The notes under the pieces are model-generated. The model was given only the letters and a program-made list of their open reading frames with translations. It was not told where the DNA came from and made no database searches. DNA of 64,000 nucleotides, taken from Myxococcales bacterium (GTDB taxonomy: Bacteria; Myxococcota_A; Polyangia; Polyangiales; DASUME01). The stretch is from NCBI GenBank assembly GCA_044507075.1, contig JBIQKA010000005.1, positions 14,461-78,460 of the forward strand, given 5' to 3'. Both the position numbers and the translations under genes were made by a program. Shown here piece by piece: positions 36,552-45,863 of this stretch (positions are counted from its first letter, which is position 1; every line of letters begins with the position of its first letter).

Positions 36552-37907
36552 GTGCGCCGGCTTCCACACTTGGGACCTAGGATTTCACCTCTGTATACTC
36601 CGACGCACCCGCGGCTCCCCGCTGCGTCCCGATCTGGCGCGCCTACGCGCCCGGGTGCGACCCCGCGCGCGCGGCGCGGCGCACTGCCCCGCATCCTGAT
36701 CGCGTGCTGTCTTATCTGGTTCGTCGCCGTAGCCGATCGCTCGCTGGCCCAGGGCGGGGGTGTTGAACCAACCTGGGATGGCTTGGATGCGCTGACCGCA
36801 GTGCTCACCGAAGCAAACGTGTCCTTCTCCGCGCCCGCTCGCCTGGATCTCGCGCAGCTCACCCCCGACGATGCGGTGCTGATCGTGAGTCCCCGTCGGA
36901 CCTTGCCGGTTCAGGGCCTGACCACCTTCCTCCGCGAAGGCGGCCGCGTGGCCCTGTTCGACGATGTCGGCGCAGGCGATCGCTTGCTCGCTGCGTACCA
37001 AGTCTCACGCACGCCTGCTCCAGCGGGCAGCGCCCCGGCCCTGCGCGGCGATCCCACCCTGCTCATCGCCTACCCCGCCAGCGAGCACCCGCTCGTGGCG
37101 GGCGTGTCACTGCTCTTGACCAACCGGGCGAGCGAACTGAAGCACCCCGACTTGCGCCCCGTGTTCACCTTCGGCCGCAGCGACCGCGCGCTCGTGCTGG
37201 CCGGCGCCGTGGGCGGAGGACGCCTGGTGGCGGTCGGGGACGGCAGCGTGCTGATCAATCAGCTGATGGCCGCGCCCTCCCACCGCCGATTCGCGACGAA
37301 CCTTGTTTCGTATCTCTCACGTCCCGGTGGACGCATCTGGCTGGTCGGCCCCGAGGCGAGCTTCGAAGGCAGCTACGGCAGCAGCCCGACCCTGGCCGTC
37401 TCGCGCCTGGAGGGCTGGTTGAAACGGCTCGCGCGCCCCGACTTCCCGCCTGCGGTGCTGTGGCTGCTCTCGGTGGCGCTGGCGGGCATCGCGTTGGTGG
37501 TGGCCGCAGGCTCGCTGCCGCGCCGCTCTCCCTACGTGAGCCCCGATCTGTTTCCGGAGGCGGAGGTCTTCGCGGGCTTCGCCGGCCGGATCGCGGCCGT
37601 GGAACGTGAAGGGGTGAGCCTCTTGTGGCCCCTGCTCGATTACCGCCGTGAGTTGGAAGCAGAGCTCGCGCACCGTTTGTCCCTGGCCGGCGGCTTCGAG
37701 CGCAACGACGCCTTGCAAAGCGCGCGTCAGCGGGGCCTCTCGCAGGCGGAGGTACAGGCGCTCTCGGACTTGCTGGACGAGCTGGACGCGCTCGCGGCCC
37801 AGGGAGGCGTCGGCGAGCCCAAGCGGCGGATTCGAGTGAGCGAGCTGCGAAACGTGGTACGCAAGGGCGAAGAACTGCTCGCGAAGCTCGGGAACGACAA
37901 GACATGA
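36552..37907 (+). CDS. DUF4350-like membrane/secreted protein, first gene of the MoxR operon
   Basis: Signal-like ILIACCLIWFVAVADRSLAQ. The block WDGLDALTAVLTEANVSFSAP...DAVLIVSPRRTLP...FLREGGRVALFDDVG resembles DUF4350. A later TM helix reads VLWLLSVALAGIALVVAAG. Its stop overlaps the MoxR start (ATGA). The start codon is uncertain (GTG 36552 or downstream TTG). Confidence 0.65.
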   Translation: MRRLPHLGPRISPLYTPTHPRLPAASRSGAPTRPGATPRARRGALPRILIACCLIWFVAVADRSLAQGGGVEPTWDGLDALTAVLTEANVSFSAPARLDLAQLTPDDAVLIVSPRRTLPVQGLTTFLREGGRVALFDDVGAGDRLLAAYQVSRTPAPAGSAPALRGDPTLLIAYPASEHPLVAGVSLLLTNRASELKHPDLRPVFTFGRSDRALVLAGAVGGGRLVAVGDGSVLINQLMAAPSHRRFATNLVSYLSRPGGRIWLVGPEASFEGSYGSSPTLAVSRLEGWLKRLARPDFPPAVLWLLSVALAGIALVVAAGSLPRRSPYVSPDLFPEAEVFAGFAGRIAAVEREGVSLLWPLLDYRRELEAELAHRLSLAGGFERNDALQSARQRGLSQAEVQALSDLLDELDALAAQGGVGEPKRRIRVSELRNVVRKGEELLAKLGNDKT

Positions 37908-38875
37908 TGCAGAGGAGAATCGACGAGCGCGCGCTGGCGCTCACCGCTCAACGGGCCGCGACGGTGGTGCAAGAAGTCCAGCGTGCCTACGTGGGTCCGC
38001 GCGAAGTCGCCGAGCTCTTGCTGATCTGTCTGTTGGCGCGCGGGCACGTGCTGCTCGAGGGAGTTCCGGGCGTGGCCAAGACCACGTTGGTGAAGGCCTT
38101 CGCCGCGACCCTGGGCTGCGCCTTTCGGCGCATCCAGTTCACGCCCGATCTGCTGCCCGCGGATATCACGGGCACCTACGTGCTCTCGCCGCGCTCGGGC
38201 GAGTTTCAGCTGCGCGAGGGGCCGCTCTTCGCCAACGTCGTGCTCGGCGACGAGATCAACCGGGCGCCTGCCAAGACCCAGAGCGCGTTGCTCGAGGCCA
38301 TGCAGGAATCGCAGGTCACCATCGAGGGCGACACGCGACCGCTCCCGCAGCCCTTCATCGTGCTCGCCACGCAAAACCCCGTGGAGCAGGCGGGAACCTA
38401 CCCGCTCCCCGAAGCGCAGATCGATCGCTTCCTGGTGCGCCTGCTGATCGGCTATCCCGATGCCAAGGACGAGCTGAACATCCTGATGCGGCACATGGAT
38501 CCCGTGGCCTTGCCCGCGCGCGTGCTGGAGCCCGCGGAGATCCTGGCCATGCAGGAGCTCGTGCACGGCGTGCACGTGGAGACCGAGGTGCTCGAGTACG
38601 TGGTGCGCCTCGCGCAGTTCACCCGGCAGCACTCGCGCGTGTACTTGGGCGCCTCGCCGCGCGCCTCGCTCGCGCTCACGCAGGCCGCCCGCGCGCGCGC
38701 CCTTTCGAGCGGTCGGCCCTTCGTGATCCCGGACGACATCAAGGCCCTGGCCGTGCCGGTGTTGGCGCACCGTCTGGTGCTGACACCCGAGGCCGAGATG
38801 GAAGGCGTCGCGCGCGAGACCATCATCGAGAACGCGCTCGATCAAGTGCCGCATCGCTGGGAAGCCGCGCGCTGA
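37904..38875 (+). CDS. MoxR-family AAA+ ATPase
   Basis: Walker A HVLLEGVPGVAKT, Walker B LFANVVLGDEINRAP, FIVLATQNPVEQAGTYPLPEAQIDRF, and 323 aa in length. Confidence 0.9.
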   Translation: MMQRRIDERALALTAQRAATVVQEVQRAYVGPREVAELLLICLLARGHVLLEGVPGVAKTTLVKAFAATLGCAFRRIQFTPDLLPADITGTYVLSPRSGEFQLREGPLFANVVLGDEINRAPAKTQSALLEAMQESQVTIEGDTRPLPQPFIVLATQNPVEQAGTYPLPEAQIDRFLVRLLIGYPDAKDELNILMRHMDPVALPARVLEPAEILAMQELVHGVHVETEVLEYVVRLAQFTRQHSRVYLGASPRASLALTQAARARALSSGRPFVIPDDIKALAVPVLAHRLVLTPEAEMEGVARETIIENALDQVPHRWEAAR

Positions 38876-40488
38876 TGCTCCCGATCCCGACGCCGCGCGC
38901 GATCGCGCTCTTTTTGGGCTGCGTCGGGATGTGGGCCGTGGGGCTGTTCGCACGCTCCTGGGCGGCCACCGCGCTCGGCTCGGGCGCGGTGATCTTCCTG
39001 GCCGCGGTGCTCGCCGCGACCATCCCGCTCGGGCGCCGCGTGCGCGCGCAACGCCTGGAGTTCGCCTGGTGGCTCGCGCAGCGCGACGGCCTGAGCGGAG
39101 CGGTGGTCCCGCAGGTGCCCTTCCAAATCCGCTGCTACGTACGGCACCGTGGCAGCACGCCCATCGAGCTTACCCGGGTCGAGCCGATCCTCGTCCCCAG
39201 CGCGCGCGTGCTCGATCTCTTTCCGGCTCATATCCACGTCTCGCCGCGCGCCCGAAACGAGTTCGCGTTCTCGGTGGTGGCAGCGGCGGCTGGGCGGGTC
39301 GTCCTGCACGGCCTGGCCGTGAACTTGCGCGGTCCGCTCGGCCTGTTCGACGTGCCCCTCTATTTCCCCAATGCGCTGGCGGTCAAGGTGTTGCCGCGCA
39401 GCGTGGCGCTGCGCTCGACGGTGCGACCGGCGATGACCGGACAACCCATCGATCGCCCGGGCCGCCACCGACTGCGTCGTCGTGGGGGCGGAACCGATCT
39501 GCACGAGCTGCGCGAGCTCCAGCCGGGCGATCCGTTCAAGTCCATCGCCTGGAAGGCGAGCGCCAAGGCGGGACAACTCCTGGTCCGGGAGGTCGATCAG
39601 GAGGTGCAGCAGACGTTGCTCCTGGTGGTCGACGTGGCCGGCTCGATGCGCGGGGGCAAGCTCGGCGAGCGCAAGCTCGACTTCGCGCTGGAGATGTGTG
39701 TGGCGCAGGCGCGCGCCTGGCTGGAGCGCGGCGACCGCGTCGGGCTCATCACGGTGGACGGGCGCGTGTACGGTCACGTGCCTCCCGGCGAGGGTCCAGC
39801 GCAGCTCATCCGCCTTTACGATGCCCTGCTCGCGACCACCGAGGTCGTGGACGCAGACCTGACCGCCCTGGATGACCGCGCGGTGATCGAGCTGGTCGCG
39901 CGCTACGTTCGACATCAGGACGGCCTCGACTTCGGGCACGGCCGCGGAAGTTGGGACGTGAGCGCGCTGGTGCAACACGTGAAGAACGCCTTGCCCCCCG
40001 CGCGCACGGCGGACGCCCCCCTCGCCAACACACAGGCGGGCGTCGAGCTCCGGCGCTTCTGCCGTGAACGCGGGCTCACCCTCGCGCACCGGGTGGCGCC
40101 GGCCGGAGGCGACAAGGCAGAGGGCCTGAGCGCTGCGCTGCGCCTCGCGGGCGGTCACACGCGGGTCCCCCAGACCATCGTGTTGATCACCGATCTCGAC
40201 GGGCTCGTCGACTACGACGGTCTGCGCGCCGCGGCGCGCTTGCTGGCCCGCCGCGGACACTCGCTGAGTCTCATGGTGCCGGACGCGCAAGCGCTCGCGC
40301 AGCCCGAACAACACGAGGAGCTCGAAGCCGAGCTGCGCGTGATCTACGGGCGCGCCGAGCGGCGGCGCCTGCGTGAAGCAAGTCAACGATTCTTGAAGCT
40401 CGGCGTGGACGTGCAAGTCATGCGCCCGGGCCATCCCGTCCGCACGGCCGAGCCCAAGCGAGGCACGCGGGCTACGAGGAGCGCGTGA
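38875..40488 (+). CDS. DUF58 domain protein (VWA-like) with N-terminal TM helices
   Basis: The motif GGGTDLHELRELQPGDPFKSIAWKASAKAGQLLVREV is followed by LLLVVDVAGSM (MIDAS-like). Its ATG overlaps the MoxR stop (TGATG). Confidence 0.85.
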   Translation: MLPIPTPRAIALFLGCVGMWAVGLFARSWAATALGSGAVIFLAAVLAATIPLGRRVRAQRLEFAWWLAQRDGLSGAVVPQVPFQIRCYVRHRGSTPIELTRVEPILVPSARVLDLFPAHIHVSPRARNEFAFSVVAAAAGRVVLHGLAVNLRGPLGLFDVPLYFPNALAVKVLPRSVALRSTVRPAMTGQPIDRPGRHRLRRRGGGTDLHELRELQPGDPFKSIAWKASAKAGQLLVREVDQEVQQTLLLVVDVAGSMRGGKLGERKLDFALEMCVAQARAWLERGDRVGLITVDGRVYGHVPPGEGPAQLIRLYDALLATTEVVDADLTALDDRAVIELVARYVRHQDGLDFGHGRGSWDVSALVQHVKNALPPARTADAPLANTQAGVELRRFCRERGLTLAHRVAPAGGDKAEGLSAALRLAGGHTRVPQTIVLITDLDGLVDYDGLRAAARLLARRGHSLSLMVPDAQALAQPEQHEELEAELRVIYGRAERRRLREASQRFLKLGVDVQVMRPGHPVRTAEPKRGTRATRSA

Positions 40489-41336
40489 GCGAAGTACCTG
40501 ACTGGGAAGATCCGAGACGAGTGCTGGCGCGCCACGGGCTCACGCCCAAGCGCGGCTTCTCTCAGAACTTCCTCACCGCGCGCAGCGTGGTCGAGCGCAT
40601 CGTGGAGGCCCTCCGCCTCGAGGCCGAGGAGCCGGTCGTCGAACTCGGACCGGGGCTCGGCACGCTCACCGCGGCGCTCTTGCGGGCGGGCGCGCGCGTC
40701 ACCGCCGTCGACATGGACCACGACATGCTGCGCGTGCTCCGACAAGAGCTGGGGCATGTCCCCGGTTTGCGCGTGCTCGAAGGGGACGCCACGGAGGTGG
40801 ACCTGGCCGCGCTCTCGGAAGGGCGCGCGGTGGCCGTCGCGGGCAACCTCCCCTACGCCGTGACGGGCGGCATCTTTCGACGCCTGGTGAGCCAGCATCG
40901 CCACGTGAACCGCGCCGTGCTGATGGTGCAACGCGAGGTGCGCGATCGGCTGCTCGCCGAGCCAGGCACCAAGGCCTACGGGGCGCTCACCGTGTTCACG
41001 CGCGCCGTGTTCGAGGTGCGGCCCGTGTGCATCGTGCCTGGCGGGGCCTTTCACCCGCCGCCGCGCGTGGAGAGCGCCGTGGTCGCGCTCACGCCGCGCG
41101 CCCGCGTGATCGACGTGGAGCGCCCGGGCTTCGAGCGCAGCGTGCGCGCATCCTTCGAGGCCCGCCGCAAGACGCTGCGCAATGCCCTGCAACGCGCCTT
41201 CGAAGGCGAGGCGGTGGATCGGGCGCTCGGAGCCGCTGGCATCGATGGAAAGCGTCGCGGCGAAACCCTGACGCCCGAGGAGTTCGAGCGGCTAGGACAC
41301 GCGTTCGACGCGCTCGCCGGAGAGCGCCCGAATTGA
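40485..41336 (+). CDS. rsmA: 16S rRNA (adenine1518/1519-N6)-dimethyltransferase RsmA/KsgA
   Basis: GFSQNFL, VVELGPGLGTLT, GNLPY and VQREV motifs. The GTG start overlaps the DUF58 stop (GTGA). Confidence 0.9.
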   Translation: MSEVPDWEDPRRVLARHGLTPKRGFSQNFLTARSVVERIVEALRLEAEEPVVELGPGLGTLTAALLRAGARVTAVDMDHDMLRVLRQELGHVPGLRVLEGDATEVDLAALSEGRAVAVAGNLPYAVTGGIFRRLVSQHRHVNRAVLMVQREVRDRLLAEPGTKAYGALTVFTRAVFEVRPVCIVPGGAFHPPPRVESAVVALTPRARVIDVERPGFERSVRASFEARRKTLRNALQRAFEGEAVDRALGAAGIDGKRRGETLTPEEFERLGHAFDALAGERPN

Positions 41337-41341
41337 CGCGC

Positions 41342-41884
41342 TCAGCGCGCCTCGGACGCTTCCGACGCCATCCCCGGCAACGCGCGCAAACTCGCCTCCA
41401 GCGCGCCAAGCGCCAGGGCCACATCGCCCCGAACCGCCCTGGCCTGCCCGCGCGTGTCGACCACCGCCTGCAGCACGCGCGCGAGATCGGCCCGCAGGAC
41501 CTCCCGAGACGAGAGTTCACTGGGACGCAGGCGCTGGGCGATCGCGACCAGGGCGTGCGCGGCCTCCGGCGCAAGATCGGGATCGCGCCCCGTCGCGAGC
41601 GTGACCAGGCTCGGCACGAGCAGCTCGGGCGCGGCGGCATAGGGCGCGGCCCGAATGGCCAACAGGGTCCGTTCGCGTGAAGGACGCGCCTGCTTTTCGG
41701 GGCCGCCCTCCCCCGAAAGCGCGGACAGGAGCGCCGCGTCTCCGGCTTCGTCCGCCAAGCGCGAAAGGCCGATATCATGGATGGCATCGGCGTCTCGGAA
41801 CGGATCCGGCACGCCCGCGTAAACGGCCCCGGCGAGCGCCAGGCTGCCACCGAGCACCACCAGGGATGTGCGATAGCGCAGCAT
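41342..41884 (-). CDS. Secreted helical (HEAT-like) hypothetical protein
   Basis: Signal peptide MLRYRTSLVVLGGSLALAGAVYA, followed by an Ala/Leu-rich helical-repeat body. It is divergent from the HEAT-repeat gene at 42023. Confidence 0.55.
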   Translation of the reverse strand: MLRYRTSLVVLGGSLALAGAVYAGVPDPFRDADAIHDIGLSRLADEAGDAALLSALSGEGGPEKQARPSRERTLLAIRAAPYAAAPELLVPSLVTLATGRDPDLAPEAAHALVAIAQRLRPSELSSREVLRADLARVLQAVVDTRGQARAVRGDVALALGALEASLRALPGMASEASEAR

Positions 41885-42022
41885 GTGGACCCAGTCTGCG
41901 CGGAAGCCGCGCCGGGCGCCAGCGCGGCGTGACGTGCGGAACGGTTGATTTGCGCGGGGTTAGACGATAGTTACAGCGACTGTGTCGGTCCCGCAGGCCG
42001 GCCCTCGAGAAAGCCCAGCGCC

Positions 42023-42871
42023 ATGGCCCTACGCGTACCGCGCCCCGTTCCATCCAAGCTGTATTCGCCCCTCGCTTGGGCCCTGATCGGAGGCCTGGCT
42101 TTCGCCTCGCCAGCGGTCGCCCTGGCAAAGAAGAAGGCTCCGCCAGCCAGCGAAGAACCGAGCGGCCTCTCGCTCGAGGAGATCGCGGTCATGTTGTCCT
42201 CGTCCAACGCGGATGAACTCAAGCTGGCCATCGAGTCGAGCGCCTTGTTGGGCTCGCCGGACGTCGCGACGCTGCTCGCCGAGCGCGTGCGCGCGGGTCT
42301 GCCTCCGGAGCTCCTCAACTCCGCGATCGACGCGCTCAGCCTGCTCAACCAGGCCAGCAGCGGCGAGCTCTTCGTGATGCTCACGCGCCACCGCCGCCCC
42401 AGCGTCCGGGTGCGCAGCGTGCAGGCGTTGGTCGCGCTTCACTCGAAGGATACTGAGCCTGCTCTGGTGAACGCGCTCGGCGATGCCGCGCCCGAGGTGC
42501 GGGAGGCGGCCGCCGAAGGGCTCGGCCAACTCAAGGCCACGGGCAGCGTCGAGGCGCTCTTTCAGGCGTTTGATCGCGGCGTGACCAGCGCGGGTCGTTC
42601 GATCGGCAAGCTCGTGCGCGATGACCAGGTGCAACGCCTGCTCGACTACATCGGACGCATGCCGCTTACGGGTCTGACGCCGGTGTTCGATGCGACGTTC
42701 GCTCGGGAAGACCTCTCCGAGGCCACCAAGCTCTCCATGGTCGCCGCCTTGGCCGAGCTGGGGACGGCAGAGTCGCGAGGTTATCTCGAAGGCCTCAAGA
42801 ACAAGCTGCCGGACGCGCCCCCACGCCTGATCAGGGCCATCGACGACGCCGTCTCGAGGATCGCCAAGTGA
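42023..42871 (+). CDS. Secreted HEAT-repeat protein
   Basis: ATG 42023 (MALRVPRPVPSKLYSPLAWALIGGLAFASPAVALA). HEAT/PBS-lyase-like repeats include SVRVRSVQALVALHSKDTEPALVNALGDAAPEVREAAAEGLGQLKATGSVEAL. Confidence 0.75.
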   Translation: MALRVPRPVPSKLYSPLAWALIGGLAFASPAVALAKKKAPPASEEPSGLSLEEIAVMLSSSNADELKLAIESSALLGSPDVATLLAERVRAGLPPELLNSAIDALSLLNQASSGELFVMLTRHRRPSVRVRSVQALVALHSKDTEPALVNALGDAAPEVREAAAEGLGQLKATGSVEALFQAFDRGVTSAGRSIGKLVRDDQVQRLLDYIGRMPLTGLTPVFDATFAREDLSEATKLSMVAALAELGTAESRGYLEGLKNKLPDAPPRLIRAIDDAVSRIAK

Positions 42872-44997
42872 AACACACCACGTACGGCTCAAGTTCCCTG
42901 CGCCTGTTTTGGGCGTGTGCGCTCGCGCTCCTCGCGGGCTGCGCGGCGCGCGACTCCTTCGGGACCACGTTCCCCGTGAACCAGACCGACGACCTCGCCA
43001 AGGCGCTCGCGCAGGCGAAGGCCGCGCAATATCGCCCCCTGCCTCAGGTCGTGGTCGGCGTGCTCGAGGAACCTCGCGCCGTGTTCGCCTACGATCTCAG
43101 CGCGCAACGCTTGCTGTTCAAGAAGCGTATCCAGGTCACGGGCGTGCCGCTGCCCGCGGGTCCGTTCGTGGTGGTGCAGGAGACCAACAAGGTGACCGTC
43201 CGCCACCTCCACAACGGCAAGAGCGTACTCGAGCTCCCAGCCGACGGGATGCACCTGGTGGGCGCGGACAGCGACGGCACGGTGACCGCCGTCGCGCTGT
43301 CGACCGGCGGCTCCATGGGAGCACGCTCGAAGCTCGTCATCATGCAAGGCGACCACGTCTGGGGCACGCGCGAGATCCCGCGTCAGATCGGCGGTCCCGC
43401 GGTGCTCGGCGGGCTCGTCTTCTTACCCCACAACCGCGTCCACCTGTCCGTCTCCGACTCGCACGCCAACGAGCTCGCGCGCATTCAGATCCGCGAAGAC
43501 GTGGCGAGCCAGGCACTGACCTTCGACAACGAAGTGTACTTCGGCCTGCTCGGCATGTACCGCGTGGACACGGAGACCAAGAAGGGCGCAAGCGGCGGAG
43601 CCCACTACTTCCGGCTCAACCTCCAAAACCGCCTGCCTGGGCAGCCCGCGTTCCTGCCCAACACGGCGGATCCACCTCCGGCGCTCAACAGCGCGGTGCA
43701 CCGGGTGAGCCTGAGCTTTTTGCCCGAGATGCGCGGTGAGACGCTCGGCCTGCTCGACAACGCGCTCTACCTCTCGTTCTATCGCCAGATCTACTCGCTC
43801 GATCCCACCGGCTCCCAAGCCCACTGGGTGCATCAAGCGGGGAGCGACGCGGTGGGCCACCGCGCTGTGCCAGGGGGAGTCATCCTGGTCGAAGAGAGCG
43901 GTAGGGTCAGCTCGCTCGATCAGAGCGGCACCGTCCAGTGGAGCGCAGAGATGGGCGTGCAGCCCGTGGTCGCGCGCGTGCAGGCCAGCAGCTTGCCCCG
44001 CGGCGCGATGGGCGAGCCGGCCGCGCCGCTGACGACGCAGCTGGTCGACGCCGCCTTGAACGCCGATGCTCGCCTCGTGCCGGCGCGCGCCATGGCGGTG
44101 TCGCTGCTCGCGGGGCTCGAGGACGAGGACGCGACCTCCGCGCTGATCGAAATCTGTCAGGAACGCTCCACCCCGGAGCGGGTGCGCCAGGTCGCCTGCG
44201 CGGAGCTCGCCAAGCGGACGAACGGCTCGGCCGCGATCGCCAGCGCGCTCGAACGGCATGCAAACTACCTCACCAAGACCAAGGCTCCTCCGGTGGGCCC
44301 GCTCGCCGAGGCCGCCATGCGCACCGGGGATATCGGCGTGGTGCCGCACCTCCTTTCGCACCTCTCGGACCCGGAGACACCGCTGGACGAACTGCCCGCC
44401 CTGATGCTGGCGCTCAAGGAGCTCGCGCCACCCAGCGCCGCGCCGCAGATCGCCGATTTCCTGCGCCTGTATCACGCGGACGCCGACGAAGCGCGCATGG
44501 TCGAAACCCTGCTCATCGCGATCGATACCCTGCGCAAACTCCAGGGAGTCGACGCCCAGGGCGTGCTCGAGCCGATCGCGAACGACTCGCTCGCCGCAGA
44601 CGCCGTGCGCGCCGCGGCGGCGCAGGCGCTGGCACAGCTCGCTCCGCGCGAGGACGACGAGGGAGCCGAGGCGCAGGCCAGCGCGGAGCCCGAGGCGAGC
44701 GAGGCCCCCGCGCCCGAGGAGGTCGAGGAAGGCCCACCCGAGCACCGCAACGCCGCGCACCTGGAGCGCGCGCTGCGCCCGGTCGCGGCCAAGCTCAGCG
44801 AGTGCGTCCGCAGCCACCCCAAGCGCCCCAGCAGCGCGCGACTCACGGTCGTGCTCGCAGGGGACGGCGACGTGCTGGCCGTGGAGACGCTCCCGAACGA
44901 GCTCAAGAGCTGCATGCAGCCGCTCGTACTGGGTCAACCCTTCCCTGCCAACAAGTACGGAAATCGCGAGACGCTGAGCACCACCATTCCGCGCTGA
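42868..44997 (+). CDS. Lipoprotein: beta-propeller-like N-half, HEAT-repeat middle, AgmX/PglI-like C-terminal domain
   Basis: The GTG overlaps the upstream stop (GTGA). Lipobox LALLAGC. The N-terminal half is beta-rich (PQQ/BamB-like by eye). HEAT-like repeats span about aa 400-560. The C-terminus reads KLSECVRSHPKRPSSARLTVVLAGDGDVLAVE...LKSCMQPLVLGQPFP. Confidence 0.75.
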   Translation: MKHTTYGSSSLRLFWACALALLAGCAARDSFGTTFPVNQTDDLAKALAQAKAAQYRPLPQVVVGVLEEPRAVFAYDLSAQRLLFKKRIQVTGVPLPAGPFVVVQETNKVTVRHLHNGKSVLELPADGMHLVGADSDGTVTAVALSTGGSMGARSKLVIMQGDHVWGTREIPRQIGGPAVLGGLVFLPHNRVHLSVSDSHANELARIQIREDVASQALTFDNEVYFGLLGMYRVDTETKKGASGGAHYFRLNLQNRLPGQPAFLPNTADPPPALNSAVHRVSLSFLPEMRGETLGLLDNALYLSFYRQIYSLDPTGSQAHWVHQAGSDAVGHRAVPGGVILVEESGRVSSLDQSGTVQWSAEMGVQPVVARVQASSLPRGAMGEPAAPLTTQLVDAALNADARLVPARAMAVSLLAGLEDEDATSALIEICQERSTPERVRQVACAELAKRTNGSAAIASALERHANYLTKTKAPPVGPLAEAAMRTGDIGVVPHLLSHLSDPETPLDELPALMLALKELAPPSAAPQIADFLRLYHADADEARMVETLLIAIDTLRKLQGVDAQGVLEPIANDSLAADAVRAAAAQALAQLAPREDDEGAEAQASAEPEASEAPAPEEVEEGPPEHRNAAHLERALRPVAAKLSECVRSHPKRPSSARLTVVLAGDGDVLAVETLPNELKSCMQPLVLGQPFPANKYGNRETLSTTIPR

Positions 44998-45012
44998 GCG
45001 CGGGCAGGAACG

Positions 45013-45723
45013 TCAGTCGTAGCGCTCCGAGTGAACGTGGGTGCGCGGGTAGCCTAACTCCTGCTTGCACACCTGCCGGACCTCCGAGACCATCCGGTTC
45101 AGACCGCAGATGTACACGTGCGGCGCCCCCAGAGAGCGAGCGAGCTCGGGCACGTGGCGCTGAACGTACCCGGTGCGTCCGTGCCACGTGGGTCCGGGCC
45201 TGGAGAGGGTGACCTCGAGGCGAATATGTCCCGCACGCGCCAGCGCCTCGAGTTCGTCGCGCCAGAGGATGTCGGCCTCGCTGCGGCAGCCGAAGAGCAG
45301 CGTAATTGGGGGTCGGTCGAGCGACGCCTGGCTCGAAGAGAGCAGCATGCTGCGAAACGGGGCGAGCCCCGTCCCGGTCGCGACCATCAGCGCAGGCTCC
45401 TGCGCGGCCGGGCCGCTCCGCGTGAAGAAACCGTGCGGGCCGTCGACGATGACCTCGGCTCCGATCGGGGCCTGGTGCAAGAAGGGGGAGAGCGCGCCCT
45501 CTGGCACCAGCGTCACGGCCAGCTCCAGCAGCGCGGCATGGGGCGCGCTGGCGACGGAGTATGCGCGCTTCTCCAATCCCTGCGAGGTCATGGCCTCGAC
45601 GTTGATCCATTGCCCCGCCTCGAACGCCAGCGGTCCGTCCTCGCAGGAGAGCGCAATGCCACGCACCGAGGGCGAAAGCTGGTCCAGCCGGACGATTTGA
45701 GCCTTTCTACGCGAAGCCGCCAT
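45013..45723 (-). CDS. Ferredoxin-NADP reductase-like FAD/NAD(P)-binding oxidoreductase
   Basis: RAYSVAS (FAD-binding RxYS), LMVATGTGLAPFRSML (NAD-binding) and YICGLNRMV, in 236 aa. Confidence 0.85.
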   Translation of the reverse strand: MAASRRKAQIVRLDQLSPSVRGIALSCEDGPLAFEAGQWINVEAMTSQGLEKRAYSVASAPHAALLELAVTLVPEGALSPFLHQAPIGAEVIVDGPHGFFTRSGPAAQEPALMVATGTGLAPFRSMLLSSSQASLDRPPITLLFGCRSEADILWRDELEALARAGHIRLEVTLSRPGPTWHGRTGYVQRHVPELARSLGAPHVYICGLNRMVSEVRQVCKQELGYPRTHVHSERYD

Positions 45724-45863
45724 GGTCGATGCACTATGGCGGAGCCCCGTGCGCGGGTCGAGCGTGGGCTATGCTCGGCTCCGTGCGTGGCTACGACGAA
45801 GACGGTTGGATCGAAACGCGCGGGTCCGCGCGTGGGCAAAGCAAGGTTTGCGTGCGCATGCAC

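Noticed and set aside
41885-42022. TTGATT-N17-TAGTTA promoter-like string in the divergent region before the HEAT gene
   Set aside because: The -10 hexamer lacks the conserved final T and alternative spacings are poor. I left it unannotated.
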